From: an uncultured Nitrospirota bacterium
Lineage (GTDB): Bacteria; Nitrospirota; Nitrospiria; SBBL01; CAZOFZ01
Length of the DNA: 32,593 nucleotides
Assembly: GCA_964592995.1 (NCBI GenBank)
Contig: CAZQIT010000029.1
Coordinates: 1-32,593 of the forward strand
Direction: 5' to 3'
The position numbers and the translations under genes were made by a program. The number at the start of each line of letters is the position of its first letter. Position 1 is the first letter of the stretch. Shown here piece after piece: positions 17,956 to 26,693 of the stretch. The notes under the pieces were generated by a model, which saw nothing but the letters and a program-made list of their open reading frames with translations, ran no database searches and was not told where the DNA came from.

Positions 17956-18198
17956 ATGAACATCATACAATGCCCAACGTGTGGCAGTGATCAAATAAAA
18001 AAGGTCCGTCGAGATTGGACCAGCACGTATCAAGGCAAGAGATACCGGGTTCCCAATCTGGAATATTATGACTGCCCCGATTGCGGCGAGAAGGTGTATG
18101 ATCGGCAAGCGATGCAAAAAATCGCGGCCTATTCGCCCGCGTATGCCGGACGGCAGGAGACACCGGTTTGGGTGAACCCTCCCGCAATGGCAGGCTAG
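17956..18198 (+). CDS. YgiT-type zinc-ribbon protein (MqsA N-terminal-domain-like antitoxin, no HTH domain)
   Basis: 80 aa. CPTCGS...(30 aa)...CPDCGEKVYD is the MqsA/YgiT zinc-finger pattern. Lies immediately downstream of the toxin-like gene. Confidence 0.6.
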   Translation: MNIIQCPTCGSDQIKKVRRDWTSTYQGKRYRVPNLEYYDCPDCGEKVYDRQAMQKIAAYSPAYAGRQETPVWVNPPAMAG

Positions 18199-18276
18199 GG
18201 CCTGCTACTCGCGGGTGCGCCGCCTGTTTGACCGCGTCGCCGACTTCTCCAAAATCGAAGGCGGGGGATGACGGCG
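18198..18276. repeat. direct repeat copy 2 (non-functional duplicate of the glyS 3' end)
   Basis: See 17559..17636. Starts at the last base of the Zn-ribbon gene stop codon. Confidence 0.95.
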
Positions 18277-18352
18277 CGGCCCGGCCGCTGGGAATAATCG
18301 GCGTGCCTGCCGCGTTGCGGCGTCATGATCCATCTGATTAAGGAGTAGAAAC

Positions 18353-18556
18353 ATGTTATCACTGGAGTTGCAGCCAGAGACGCTTCTTTTTCCACGTGGC
18401 GTGTTTGAAACGGCAGAGACGAAGGAAGACTTGGAAGATTGGCTTGTGTCGCAAAACCCCGCCTTCTTAAAACGAATGCGGAGGGCCAAGCGCAGTGACC
18501 TTCAGGGTCATGGCAAGGACTGGTCCCAGGTCAAAGAAGAGCAATGTATCGCGTAA
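18353..18556 (+). CDS. putative antitoxin of the downstream RelE/ParE toxin
   Basis: 67 aa, acidic, preceded by RBS AAGGAG. 13-nt overlap with the toxin gene. C-terminal LEDWLVSQNPAFLKRMRRAKRSD resembles many small antitoxins. Confidence 0.5.
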   Translation: MLSLELQPETLLFPRGVFETAETKEDLEDWLVSQNPAFLKRMRRAKRSDLQGHGKDWSQVKEEQCIA

Positions 18557-18825
18557 TTTTCCTGCCCGATGCGGAAGAATCGTTTAAGAAACTGGACAAA
18601 TCAATCCGATTAAAAGTTGCCGACAAGATCGACTGGATGCAAGAGAATGCGGATCAAGTCATCCATCATCCGCTCACGTCGTTGCCGGACGATCTTCGGG
18701 GGTTATGCCGGATGCGCGTGGGCGATTATCGGGTGCTTTATTGGGTTTATGCTCGACGAAAACAGATTACTGTGTATGGGATTGAGCACAGAAGCCAAGT
18801 CTATCGCCCGCTGAAAAGGAAGTGA
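18544..18825 (+). CDS. RelE/ParE-family toxin
   Basis: 93 aa. MYRVIFLPDAEESFKKLDKSIRLKV ... LCRMRVGDYRVLYWV ... ITVYGIEHRSQVY is the classic RelE/ParE pattern. Confidence 0.8.
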   Translation: MYRVIFLPDAEESFKKLDKSIRLKVADKIDWMQENADQVIHHPLTSLPDDLRGLCRMRVGDYRVLYWVYARRKQITVYGIEHRSQVYRPLKRK

Positions 18826-18863
18826 TGAGTAGCGACGTAAGGGCCCCGTTAAGCCCAGGAGAT

Positions 18864-18999
18864 CAATGCTGACCAAACTCCAAATCGAAAACTTTCGCTG
18901 TTTTCGCCAGTTGACGGTCGATCCGCTCAAGCGGATTAACCTGATCTGCGGCCAAAACAACAGCGGGAAAACGGCCCTGCTGGAGGCGCTGTTCGCCCT
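18864..18999. repeat. direct repeat copy 1 (ATPase 5' end, truncated copy)
   Basis: About 136 bp and about 96% identical to 19507..19642. This copy keeps the native AGGAG RBS (18857..18861). Confidence 0.95.
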
Positions 19000-19048
19000 T
19001 TTCCAAGATCGAAGGCGGGAGATCGTGAAGATGAATGGGAGGTCCTGA
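18866..19048 (+). pseudogene. truncated duplicate of the ATPase N-terminus (Walker A only) fused to 16 unrelated codons
   Basis: [45 protein letters not shown] equals residues 1-45 of the 19509 ORF with a single K/R change. It then reads [15 protein letters not shown] and stops. Confidence 0.85.
18999..19023. repeat. relic of the glyS 3' end at the left edge of the hicBA insert
   Basis: ttttccaagatcgaaggcgggagat vs glyS 17605..17629 ttctccaaaatcgaaggcgggggat, 22 of 25 identical. In another frame it still reads FSKIEGG. Confidence 0.85.
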
Positions 19049-19254
19049 TGCAATTTACAATCACAATGGACCGTGATGAAGATGGCGTTTGGATTACCGA
19101 ATGCCCCTCTATCCCGGGCTGTGTCAGTCAAGGGACAAGCAAGGAAGAGGCGCTAAACAACATTAAAGAAGCGATCCAATCATGTTTAGAGGTCCGCGCT
19201 GAACGTGGACTTCCCTTGACGATAGAAACCCGGCAGGTGGCGGTGGTGGTTTAA
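19048..19254 (+). CDS. hicB: HicB-family (UPF0150) antitoxin
   Basis: 68 aa. FTITMDRDEDGVWITECPSIPGCVSQGTSKEEALNNIKEAI is the canonical HicB N-domain. TGATG overlap with the preceding ORF. Confidence 0.75.
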   Translation: MQFTITMDRDEDGVWITECPSIPGCVSQGTSKEEALNNIKEAIQSCLEVRAERGLPLTIETRQVAVVV

Positions 19255-19484
19255 TGCCGCCATTACCGACACTGCGTGGTCGCGATGTGGTTCGAGTTTT
19301 TGAAAGGTTCGGATGGAACGTTGTACGACAGGAAGGCAGTCACATTATTATGGTCAAGGTGGGACACATCGCGACACTGTCCATTCCAAACCATAAAGAA
19401 GTCGCGAAGGGGACATTGCGCAGCCTCATCCGTTCGTCCGATCTGACTGTCGCCGAATTTACCGAAATATTGAGAACCGTTTAA
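19254..19484 (+). CDS. hicA: HicA-family (YcfA-like) mRNA interferase toxin
   Basis: 76 aa. LRGRDVVRVFERFGWNVVRQEGSHIIM ... IPNHKEVAKGTLRSLIR. TAATG overlap with hicB. Confidence 0.8.
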   Translation: MPPLPTLRGRDVVRVFERFGWNVVRQEGSHIIMVKVGHIATLSIPNHKEVAKGTLRSLIRSSDLTVAEFTEILRTV

Positions 19485-19506
19485 GGCGCAGACGCCACAC
19501 CCTATC

Positions 19507-19642
19507 CAATGCTGACCCGACTCCAAATCGAAAACTTTCGCTGCTTCCGCCAGTTGACGGTCGATCCGCTCAAGCGGATTAACCTGATCTGCGGCCAAAA
19601 CAACAGCGGGAAAACGGCCCTGCTGGAGGCGTTGTTCGCTCT
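19507..19642. repeat. direct repeat copy 2 (5' end of the intact ATPase gene)
   Basis: See 18864..18999. No Shine-Dalgarno sequence lies upstream of this copy. Confidence 0.95.
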
Positions 19643-20495
19643 ACCGCGTCCCCAAGAGGGCAGCAAGATGCCTGAATTACTCCACACGTTCCGCGTCCAG
19701 TCATCTGGTCCTTCTGCTGAGGATGTGTCTTGCTTGTTTTATGACAAGGACAAAAACGCCATGGTTAACATTACCGGCTGGATGGATCAGTCTCCCATTG
19801 GCGTAGAGGTTCGGTACGCCTCACAACCAGAACCATCCGTGGCGTCATCCGATAACACAGCATGGCAACCAAACAGGATCATCATCAACTCAGAGGGCCT
19901 ATTCCAGAGAACCCATTATTCAGGGGCGGGGTATAAAGTTCGTGTATTTCCAGCGCATTCTTCCAAGCCAGAAGAAGACACGTGGGACTTTAGTAGGGCC
20001 ATTCTCAAAAAGCAGAAAGATCGGATTGCGAAACTGATGGGCAAAATTGAACCTCGTTTGGTCTCAATTGAAGCGTTGCAGATTGATCGTAATCGCCCTC
20101 CGCGACTGTACGCCGACATGGGCTTGAGGGAGATGATTCCGATTACACACCTCGGGCAGGGGTTTGGGCGATTGCTCAACATCTACTCGGGGATTTTGGT
20201 GGAAGATGCCAACGTGCTGTTGATCGACGAGATTGAGAACGGCCTTCACCACAGCGTGTTGCCGACGGCGTGGAAAGGGCTGATGGCTGCGGCGCGGGAC
20301 ATCGGCGTCCAAATTTTTGCCACGACCCACAGTTGGGAGTGCATCCGTGCCGCAAACGCGGTGGTCAACGAGGCCGGAGACAGCGACGACTTCCAGGTGA
20401 TCCGTCTGGACCGCATCGGAGACGACATCAAGTCCACGACCATTGATAAAGAAATGATTGAGACGGCAAAGGAATTCAATCTGGAAATGCGTTAA
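19509..20495 (+). CDS. ABC/SMC-type P-loop ATPase (AAA_15/AAA_21-like, defence-island type)
   Basis: 328 aa. Walker A GQNNSGKT, signature-like HLGQGFGRLL, Walker B VLLIDEIENGLH, H-loop FATTHS. No fused nuclease domain was recognised. Confidence 0.75.
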   Translation: MLTRLQIENFRCFRQLTVDPLKRINLICGQNNSGKTALLEALFALPRPQEGSKMPELLHTFRVQSSGPSAEDVSCLFYDKDKNAMVNITGWMDQSPIGVEVRYASQPEPSVASSDNTAWQPNRIIINSEGLFQRTHYSGAGYKVRVFPAHSSKPEEDTWDFSRAILKKQKDRIAKLMGKIEPRLVSIEALQIDRNRPPRLYADMGLREMIPITHLGQGFGRLLNIYSGILVEDANVLLIDEIENGLHHSVLPTAWKGLMAAARDIGVQIFATTHSWECIRAANAVVNEAGDSDDFQVIRLDRIGDDIKSTTIDKEMIETAKEFNLEMR

Positions 20496-20610
20496 CGGTT
20501 AAATGGGTTCTTTGTGCGATGTGATGGGTTGTCGATCCATCAAGCAAAAAGAAGGAGCGGATATGACGCAGGATTTGCAACAGATGTCGGTAAATTGAGG
20601 AGTACTGGAC

Positions 20611-20826
20611 ATGCAAGCCTATCGGATTGAAACGGTTCTAAAACAAGATGGGATCGTGACCCTCGACAACCTGCCGTTTCAGGCGGGGGAATCGGTTGAA
20701 GTGATTGTACTGGTCCAGCAGGCGAGGTCTGGCCACACGGGTGGCTATGCGCTACGGGGCACGCCCATCACATACCTTGATCCCCTGGAACCCGTGGCCC
20801 AGGCAGATTGGGAAGCCCTGCGGTGA
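20611..20826 (+). CDS. small antitoxin-like protein without a cognate toxin gene
   Basis: 71 aa, RBS GAGGAG. N-terminal beta-rich segment (ETVLKQDGIVTLDNLPFQAGESVEVIVL) and C-terminal DPLEPVAQADWEAL motif, as seen in small proteins that normally precede PIN toxins. The next gene is ppdK. Confidence 0.35.
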   Translation: MQAYRIETVLKQDGIVTLDNLPFQAGESVEVIVLVQQARSGHTGGYALRGTPITYLDPLEPVAQADWEALR

Positions 20827-20850
20827 TTGTTTATTTAAGGAGATCTTTTC

Positions 20851-23601
20851 ATGGCGCACGTTAAGATAAAAAGCAGTCGCGTGAAGGCAGCGGTGGCGCA
20901 ATCCAGCCCCGCAGCGAAGGCCGCAGGGCAAGCTCCCCAGAAGTACGTCTACTATTTTGGGCCGGGGAAGGCCGAGGGCCGGGGCGACATGAAGGAATTG
21001 CTGGGCGGAAAAGGGGCGGGGCTGGCCGAGATGACTCGCTTGGGCATTCCGGTGCCGCCGGGGTTTACGATCACCACCGAGGCGTGCGTCCAATTCTTTG
21101 CTGCGGGCAACACGTTTCCTGCGGGCATGTGGGAAGAGGGGATGACAGGCTTGCGTCGCGTGGAGAAGGCCACGGGGCAGACCTTCGGCGATCCGACCCA
21201 TCCCCTGCTCGTCTCCGTCCGCTCCGGCGCGCGCGCCTCCATGCCGGGCATGATGGACACCGTGCTCAATGTCGGCCTCAACGATCAAACGGTCGCAGGA
21301 TTGATTAAAAAGACGCAAAACGCCCGCTTCGGCTACGACGCCTATCGGCGCTTCATCGCCATGTTCGGCAGCGTGGTCATGGGTGTCAAACGCGAGCACT
21401 TCGAGAAGGCGCTGGAAGATAAAAAGGCCGCGCTGAACGTTCATCAGGACACGGATCTATCCGCCGACGCCCTGGCTGATCTGGTGGCGACCTGCAAGAA
21501 AATCGTCCTGACCGAGACCGGCGTCCCCTTCCCCGACGATCCCATGACGCAGCTTCGGATGGCCATCACCGCCGTTTTTAGTTCCTGGTGGGGCCAGCGG
21601 GCGGCCACCTATCGGCGGCTCAACCACATCCCCGACGCCTGGGGGACGGCGGCGAGCGTGGTGGCGATGGTCTTCGGAAACTTGGGTGAGACCTCCGGCA
21701 CCGGCGTCGCCTTCACGCGTGATCCGTCCACCGGTCAACGGCGTTTCTTCGGCGAGTTTTTATTTAACGCGCAGGGTGAGGACGTGGTGGCGGGCATCCG
21801 CACGCCGCTTCCCATCGACGCGCTGCGAAAGCGGCTTCCTTTGGCCTACCGCGACCTGATGGCAGTCTATAAAAAACTGGAAGCGCACTATCACGACATG
21901 CTCGATATTGAGTTCACCATCCAGGACGGCACGCTCTACATGCTTCAGACCCGCGTCGGCAAGCGGACGGCGGCGGCGGCGGTACGGATTGCGGTCGATC
22001 TGGTCAAGGAGCAGCAGATCAGCAAAGAGACGGCGCTGCTGCGGATTGACCCGGTGTCGCTGGATCAACTGCTTCACCCCAGGGTCGATCCGAAGGCGAC
22101 GGCGCAGGTCATTGCCAAAGGGCTTCCGGCCTCGCCGGGGGCCGCCATCGGCACGGTGGTCTTCTCGGCGGAAGCGGCGGAGCGGATGAAGGCGCAGCAG
22201 CAGAAGGTGATCCTGGTGCGGGCGGAGACGTCGCCGGAGGACATTGGCGGGATGCACGCTGCAGAAGGAATTCTCACGGCGCGCGGCGGGATGACCTCTC
22301 ACGCGGCGGTCGTGGCGCGCGGCATGGGCAAGTGCTGCATCGTGGGATGCGGGACGCTGGTGATCGACGAAGCGGCGCGCACCGTGCGGGCGGGGGAGGT
22401 CATGGTGCGGGAGGGCGAGACCCTCACGCTCAACGGCTCCACGGGCGAGGTGATCCTGGGTGAAGTCGCCCTGATTGAGCCGACGCTGGGGCCTGCCTTT
22501 AAGACGCTGATGTCGTGGGCCGACGCCGCGCGGACGATGAACGTTCGCGCCAACGCCGACACGCCCCGCGACGCCAAAGTGGCGCGCGGCTTCGGCGCCG
22601 AGGGGATCGGCCTCTGCCGCACCGAGCACATGTTTTTTGAACCCGACCGGATCAAGGCAGTGCGCGAGATGATCCTCTCCGACGGCATTGAGGGGCGCAA
22701 GCGTGCCCTGGAGAAATTACTGCCGATGCAAAAAGGGGATTTCCTGGGCATCTTCCGCGAGATGCGCGGTTTGCCGGTGACCATCCGGCTGCTGGATCCG
22801 CCGCTGCACGAATTTCTCCCTCAAACAGACGAAGAGCTGGCGGGGCTTGCGTGCGAGATGGGTGTGTCGATTGAGACCCTGCGCGAGAAGAACCAGAGTC
22901 TGCACGAGTTTAATCCGATGCTGGGGCATCGTGGCTGCCGACTGGGGATCACCTTCCCCGAAATCTATCAGATGCAGGTGCAGGCCATTTTTGAGGCCGC
23001 CTGTGAGCTGGCCGCGCGGAAGGTGGTGGTAATGCCGGAGGTGATGATTCCGCTGGTGGCCGACACGAGAGAGTTCTCCAAAATGCGCGCCCTCTGCATG
23101 GAGACGGCGGACGCAGTGATGACGCGCTACAAACGCCGGGTCGCCTATACCATCGGGACGATGATTGAGCTGCCGCGCGCGGCGGTGGTGGCCGATCAGA
23201 TTGCAAAAGAGGCCGAGTTTTTCTCGTTTGGCACCAACGACCTCACGCAGACGACCTATGGCCTCTCACGCGACGACGCGGGGCGTTTTTTGCCCGAATA
23301 TGTTCGGCAGGGGGTTTTCGATCAGGACCCGTTTGTGGCCATCGACCAAGAGGGGGTCGGGGCGCTCATGCAGATGGGGGTCGAGAAGGGCCGCGCCACC
23401 CGCGCTGACCTAAAGGTCGGCATTTGCGGCGAGCATGGCGGCGAGCCAAGTTCGGTGGAGTTCTGCCACCGGATCGGCCTCAACTATGTGAGTTGTTCCC
23501 CCTTCCGCGTGCCGATTGCGCGCCTGGCCGCAGCACAGGCTGCGATCCGGTCGAAGGCAACGGGGAAGAAGAGCGACCAGGATCATCGCGCCACGGTGTA
23601 G
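20851..23601 (+). CDS. ppdK: pyruvate, phosphate dikinase
   Basis: 916 aa. KYVYYFGPGKAEGRGDMKELLGGKGAGLAEM, phosphohistidine region GGMTSHAAVVARG, and a C-terminal PEP-utilising TIM-barrel domain. RBS AAGGAG. Confidence 0.95.
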   Translation: MAHVKIKSSRVKAAVAQSSPAAKAAGQAPQKYVYYFGPGKAEGRGDMKELLGGKGAGLAEMTRLGIPVPPGFTITTEACVQFFAAGNTFPAGMWEEGMTGLRRVEKATGQTFGDPTHPLLVSVRSGARASMPGMMDTVLNVGLNDQTVAGLIKKTQNARFGYDAYRRFIAMFGSVVMGVKREHFEKALEDKKAALNVHQDTDLSADALADLVATCKKIVLTETGVPFPDDPMTQLRMAITAVFSSWWGQRAATYRRLNHIPDAWGTAASVVAMVFGNLGETSGTGVAFTRDPSTGQRRFFGEFLFNAQGEDVVAGIRTPLPIDALRKRLPLAYRDLMAVYKKLEAHYHDMLDIEFTIQDGTLYMLQTRVGKRTAAAAVRIAVDLVKEQQISKETALLRIDPVSLDQLLHPRVDPKATAQVIAKGLPASPGAAIGTVVFSAEAAERMKAQQQKVILVRAETSPEDIGGMHAAEGILTARGGMTSHAAVVARGMGKCCIVGCGTLVIDEAARTVRAGEVMVREGETLTLNGSTGEVILGEVALIEPTLGPAFKTLMSWADAARTMNVRANADTPRDAKVARGFGAEGIGLCRTEHMFFEPDRIKAVREMILSDGIEGRKRALEKLLPMQKGDFLGIFREMRGLPVTIRLLDPPLHEFLPQTDEELAGLACEMGVSIETLREKNQSLHEFNPMLGHRGCRLGITFPEIYQMQVQAIFEAACELAARKVVVMPEVMIPLVADTREFSKMRALCMETADAVMTRYKRRVAYTIGTMIELPRAAVVADQIAKEAEFFSFGTNDLTQTTYGLSRDDAGRFLPEYVRQGVFDQDPFVAIDQEGVGALMQMGVEKGRATRADLKVGICGEHGGEPSSVEFCHRIGLNYVSCSPFRVPIARLAAAQAAIRSKATGKKSDQDHRATV

Positions 23602-23628
23602 TCAGTGGTCAGTGGTCAGTGGTCAGTG
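23601..23628. repeat. heptamer tandem repeat (GTCAGTG)x4 at the ppdK/gltD junction
   Basis: Four perfect units start at the last base of the ppdK TAG. A fifth degenerate unit, gttaatg (23629..23635), contains a candidate gltD ATG. Confidence 0.95.
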
Positions 23629-23644
23629 GTTAATGGGTAGTTTG

Positions 23645-25069
<1,425 letters not shown>

Positions 25070-25118
25070 CCCTCCTCCTGTCCGTCTCATATTCGGTCTC
25101 CTGAAAATCCAATATGAA

Positions 25119-25161
25119 ACCGGACAGATTACGTGTTACAAGACCGGACCGTTTACGTGTT
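25119..25161. repeat. two 19-bp direct repeats with 24-bp period, upstream of the aminotransferase promoter
   Basis: accggacagattacgtgtt (25119..25137) and accggaccgtttacgtgtt (25143..25161), 17 of 19 identical. Confidence 0.9.
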
Positions 25162-25173
25162 CTCTACAGATAT

Positions 25174-25202
25174 TTGACAAGGCGGAACAACTTCAATAGA
25201 AT
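25174..25202 (+). promoter_or_regulatory. sigma70-like promoter for the aminotransferase-hom-thrC unit
   Basis: TTGACA (25174..25179), 17-nt spacer, TAGAAT (25197..25202). AGGAG RBS at 25220..25224 and TTG start at 25231. Confidence 0.5.
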
Positions 25203-25230
25203 TTTCGCGGTTGTTTATCAGGAGTATCCT

Positions 25231-26394
25231 TTGCGCGAATTTGGGCGAATCAAGCGGCTTCCGCCGTATGTTTTTAACATCGTCACGACAATGAAAATGG
25301 AGGCGCGGCGGCGCGGCGAGGACATCATCGACTTCGGGATGGGCAATCCCGACCAGCCGACCCCCGCCCACATCGTCGAAAAGGCGGTCGAGGCGATGGC
25401 TCACGGCAAAAATCATCGCTACTCGGCCTCGAAGGGGATCACCCATCTGCGGATGGCGATCACCGATTGGTACAAACGCAACTATGGCGTGGAACTCGAC
25501 CCCGAATCTGAGGCCATCGCCACCATCGGCTCCAAAGAAGGGATCTCGCATCTGGCCCTGGCCACCATTGAGCCGGGCGACACGGTGCTCGTCCCCAACC
25601 CGACCTATCCCATCCACCCCTACAGCGTGATTATCGCCGGCGGAACGGTCTGCCACATTCCGCTTGCGCCGGGGATCGACTTTTTCGAGGAACTCACCGC
25701 CGCCGCTCGCCGCGTCCGCCCCAAGATGCTCATCATCAACTTCCCGCACAATCCGACGACCGAGGTGGTTGATCTCGACTTTTTTAAAAAGGTGGTCGAT
25801 TTCGCCCGCGAGCACGACATCATCGTGGTGCACGATCTGGCCTACGCCGACCTGGTCTTTGACGGCTATCGCGCGCCGAGCCTACTGGAAGTTCCGGGGG
25901 CCAAAGAGGTCGGGGTGGAGTTTTTCACGCTGTCGAAAAGTTACAACATGCCGGGTTGGCGGGTCGGCTTCTGTGTGGGCAACCGCGAGGTCATCGGAGC
26001 GCTGACGAAACTAAAGAGCTATCTTGACTATGGCATGTTTCAGCCGATCCAGATTGCGTCGATCATTGCGCTAAATGGGCCACAAGCGTGCGTCGGGGAG
26101 ATCGTTGCGACCTATCGCAGCCGCCGCGACGTGTTGGTGGATGGCCTCAATCGGATTGGCTGGAAGGTGGAGAAGCCGAAGGCGACGATGTTCGTCTGGG
26201 CGCCCATTCCCGACGCCTTCCGCGCGATGGGGTCGCTGGAGTTTTCCAAGAAATTGCTCACCGATGCGAAGGTGGCCGTCTCCCCCGGCATCGGATTTGG
26301 CGAGCAGGGGGATCACGCCGTCCGCTTCGCCCTGGTCGAAAACGAGCACCGCACCCGCCAGGCGATCCAGGGCATCCGGAAGATGTTGTCATGA
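25231..26394 (+). CDS. class I/II PLP-dependent aminotransferase (Ala/Asp aminotransferase-like)
   Basis: Homology begins at [14 protein letters not shown]. Other motifs: [29 protein letters not shown] (PLP lysine). Start set to TTG 25231 behind AGGAG. The tracked ATG 25114 would translate the promoter and direct repeats. Confidence 0.8.
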   Translation: MREFGRIKRLPPYVFNIVTTMKMEARRRGEDIIDFGMGNPDQPTPAHIVEKAVEAMAHGKNHRYSASKGITHLRMAITDWYKRNYGVELDPESEAIATIGSKEGISHLALATIEPGDTVLVPNPTYPIHPYSVIIAGGTVCHIPLAPGIDFFEELTAAARRVRPKMLIINFPHNPTTEVVDLDFFKKVVDFAREHDIIVVHDLAYADLVFDGYRAPSLLEVPGAKEVGVEFFTLSKSYNMPGWRVGFCVGNREVIGALTKLKSYLDYGMFQPIQIASIIALNGPQACVGEIVATYRSRRDVLVDGLNRIGWKVEKPKATMFVWAPIPDAFRAMGSLEFSKKLLTDAKVAVSPGIGFGEQGDHAVRFALVENEHRTRQAIQGIRKMLS

Positions 26395-26693
26395 AACGGG
26401 AACTTGAAGGCGGTCTTCTAATAGAACGGGGTAGGGAGAGGGCAATGGGGGTTCGGACTCCATCTGAAGCGGAGCAACACAAAGGCCTCTTGGCGGAGGT
26501 AGAGAAATGGAGTCCGGAGGACCGCCTTGATTTGATCGGGGCTGTGTGGGACACCCTTCTGTCCGATGACCTTCTGCTTACGCAGGAGGAGAAGGTGCTT
26601 TTGGATGAGCGATTGGAAGACCTTCATGTCAATCCCGCAGCGCAGAGTCCTTGGCCTGCGGTGAAGGCACGGCTTGCACAGCGACGGCGATGA
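26391..26693 (+). CDS. putative addiction-module antitoxin (TIGR02574 / Unstab_antitox-like)
   Basis: [20 protein letters not shown]...[34 protein letters not shown] is the characteristic pattern. ATG 26391 overlaps the aminotransferase TGA; alternative start at ATG 26445. Confidence 0.6.
   Translation: MKRELEGGLLIERGRERAMGVRTPSEAEQHKGLLAEVEKWSPEDRLDLIGAVWDTLLSDDLLLTQEEKVLLDERLEDLHVNPAAQSPWPAVKARLAQRRR

Noticed and set aside
18277-18863. Flank duplication around the relBE-like pair
   Set aside because: The only resemblance is ttaag...gag...ATG in the two RBS regions, which is too short and generic to call.
17559-19642. Possibility that the repeated blocks are a CRISPR array or integron attC sites
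   Set aside because: Each repeat has only two or three copies, 66-136 bp long, and they are copies of host coding sequence (the glyS tail and the ATPase head). The 'spacers' are intact genes. There are no cas genes, no intI, and no attC-like imperfect palindromes at the cassette 3' ends.
20564-20599. 11-codon mini-ORF (MTQDLQQMSVN) with an AAGGAG RBS upstream of the 71-aa gene
   Set aside because: It is too short to evaluate from sequence alone and could arise by chance.
20752-22784. Several long minus-strand ORFs (230, 289 and 161 aa)
   Set aside because: They are antisense to the well-supported ppdK gene and have low-complexity Arg/Pro-rich translations.
23516-23644. Upstream extension of the gltD ORF
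   Set aside because: It overlaps the ppdK 3' end and translates the heptamer repeat (WSVVSGQW), so it is not credible coding sequence.
25114-25230. ATG 25114 as the aminotransferase start
   Set aside because: This start would translate the promoter and direct-repeat region. Family homology begins at [18 protein letters not shown] with a well-spaced AGGAG lies at 25231.
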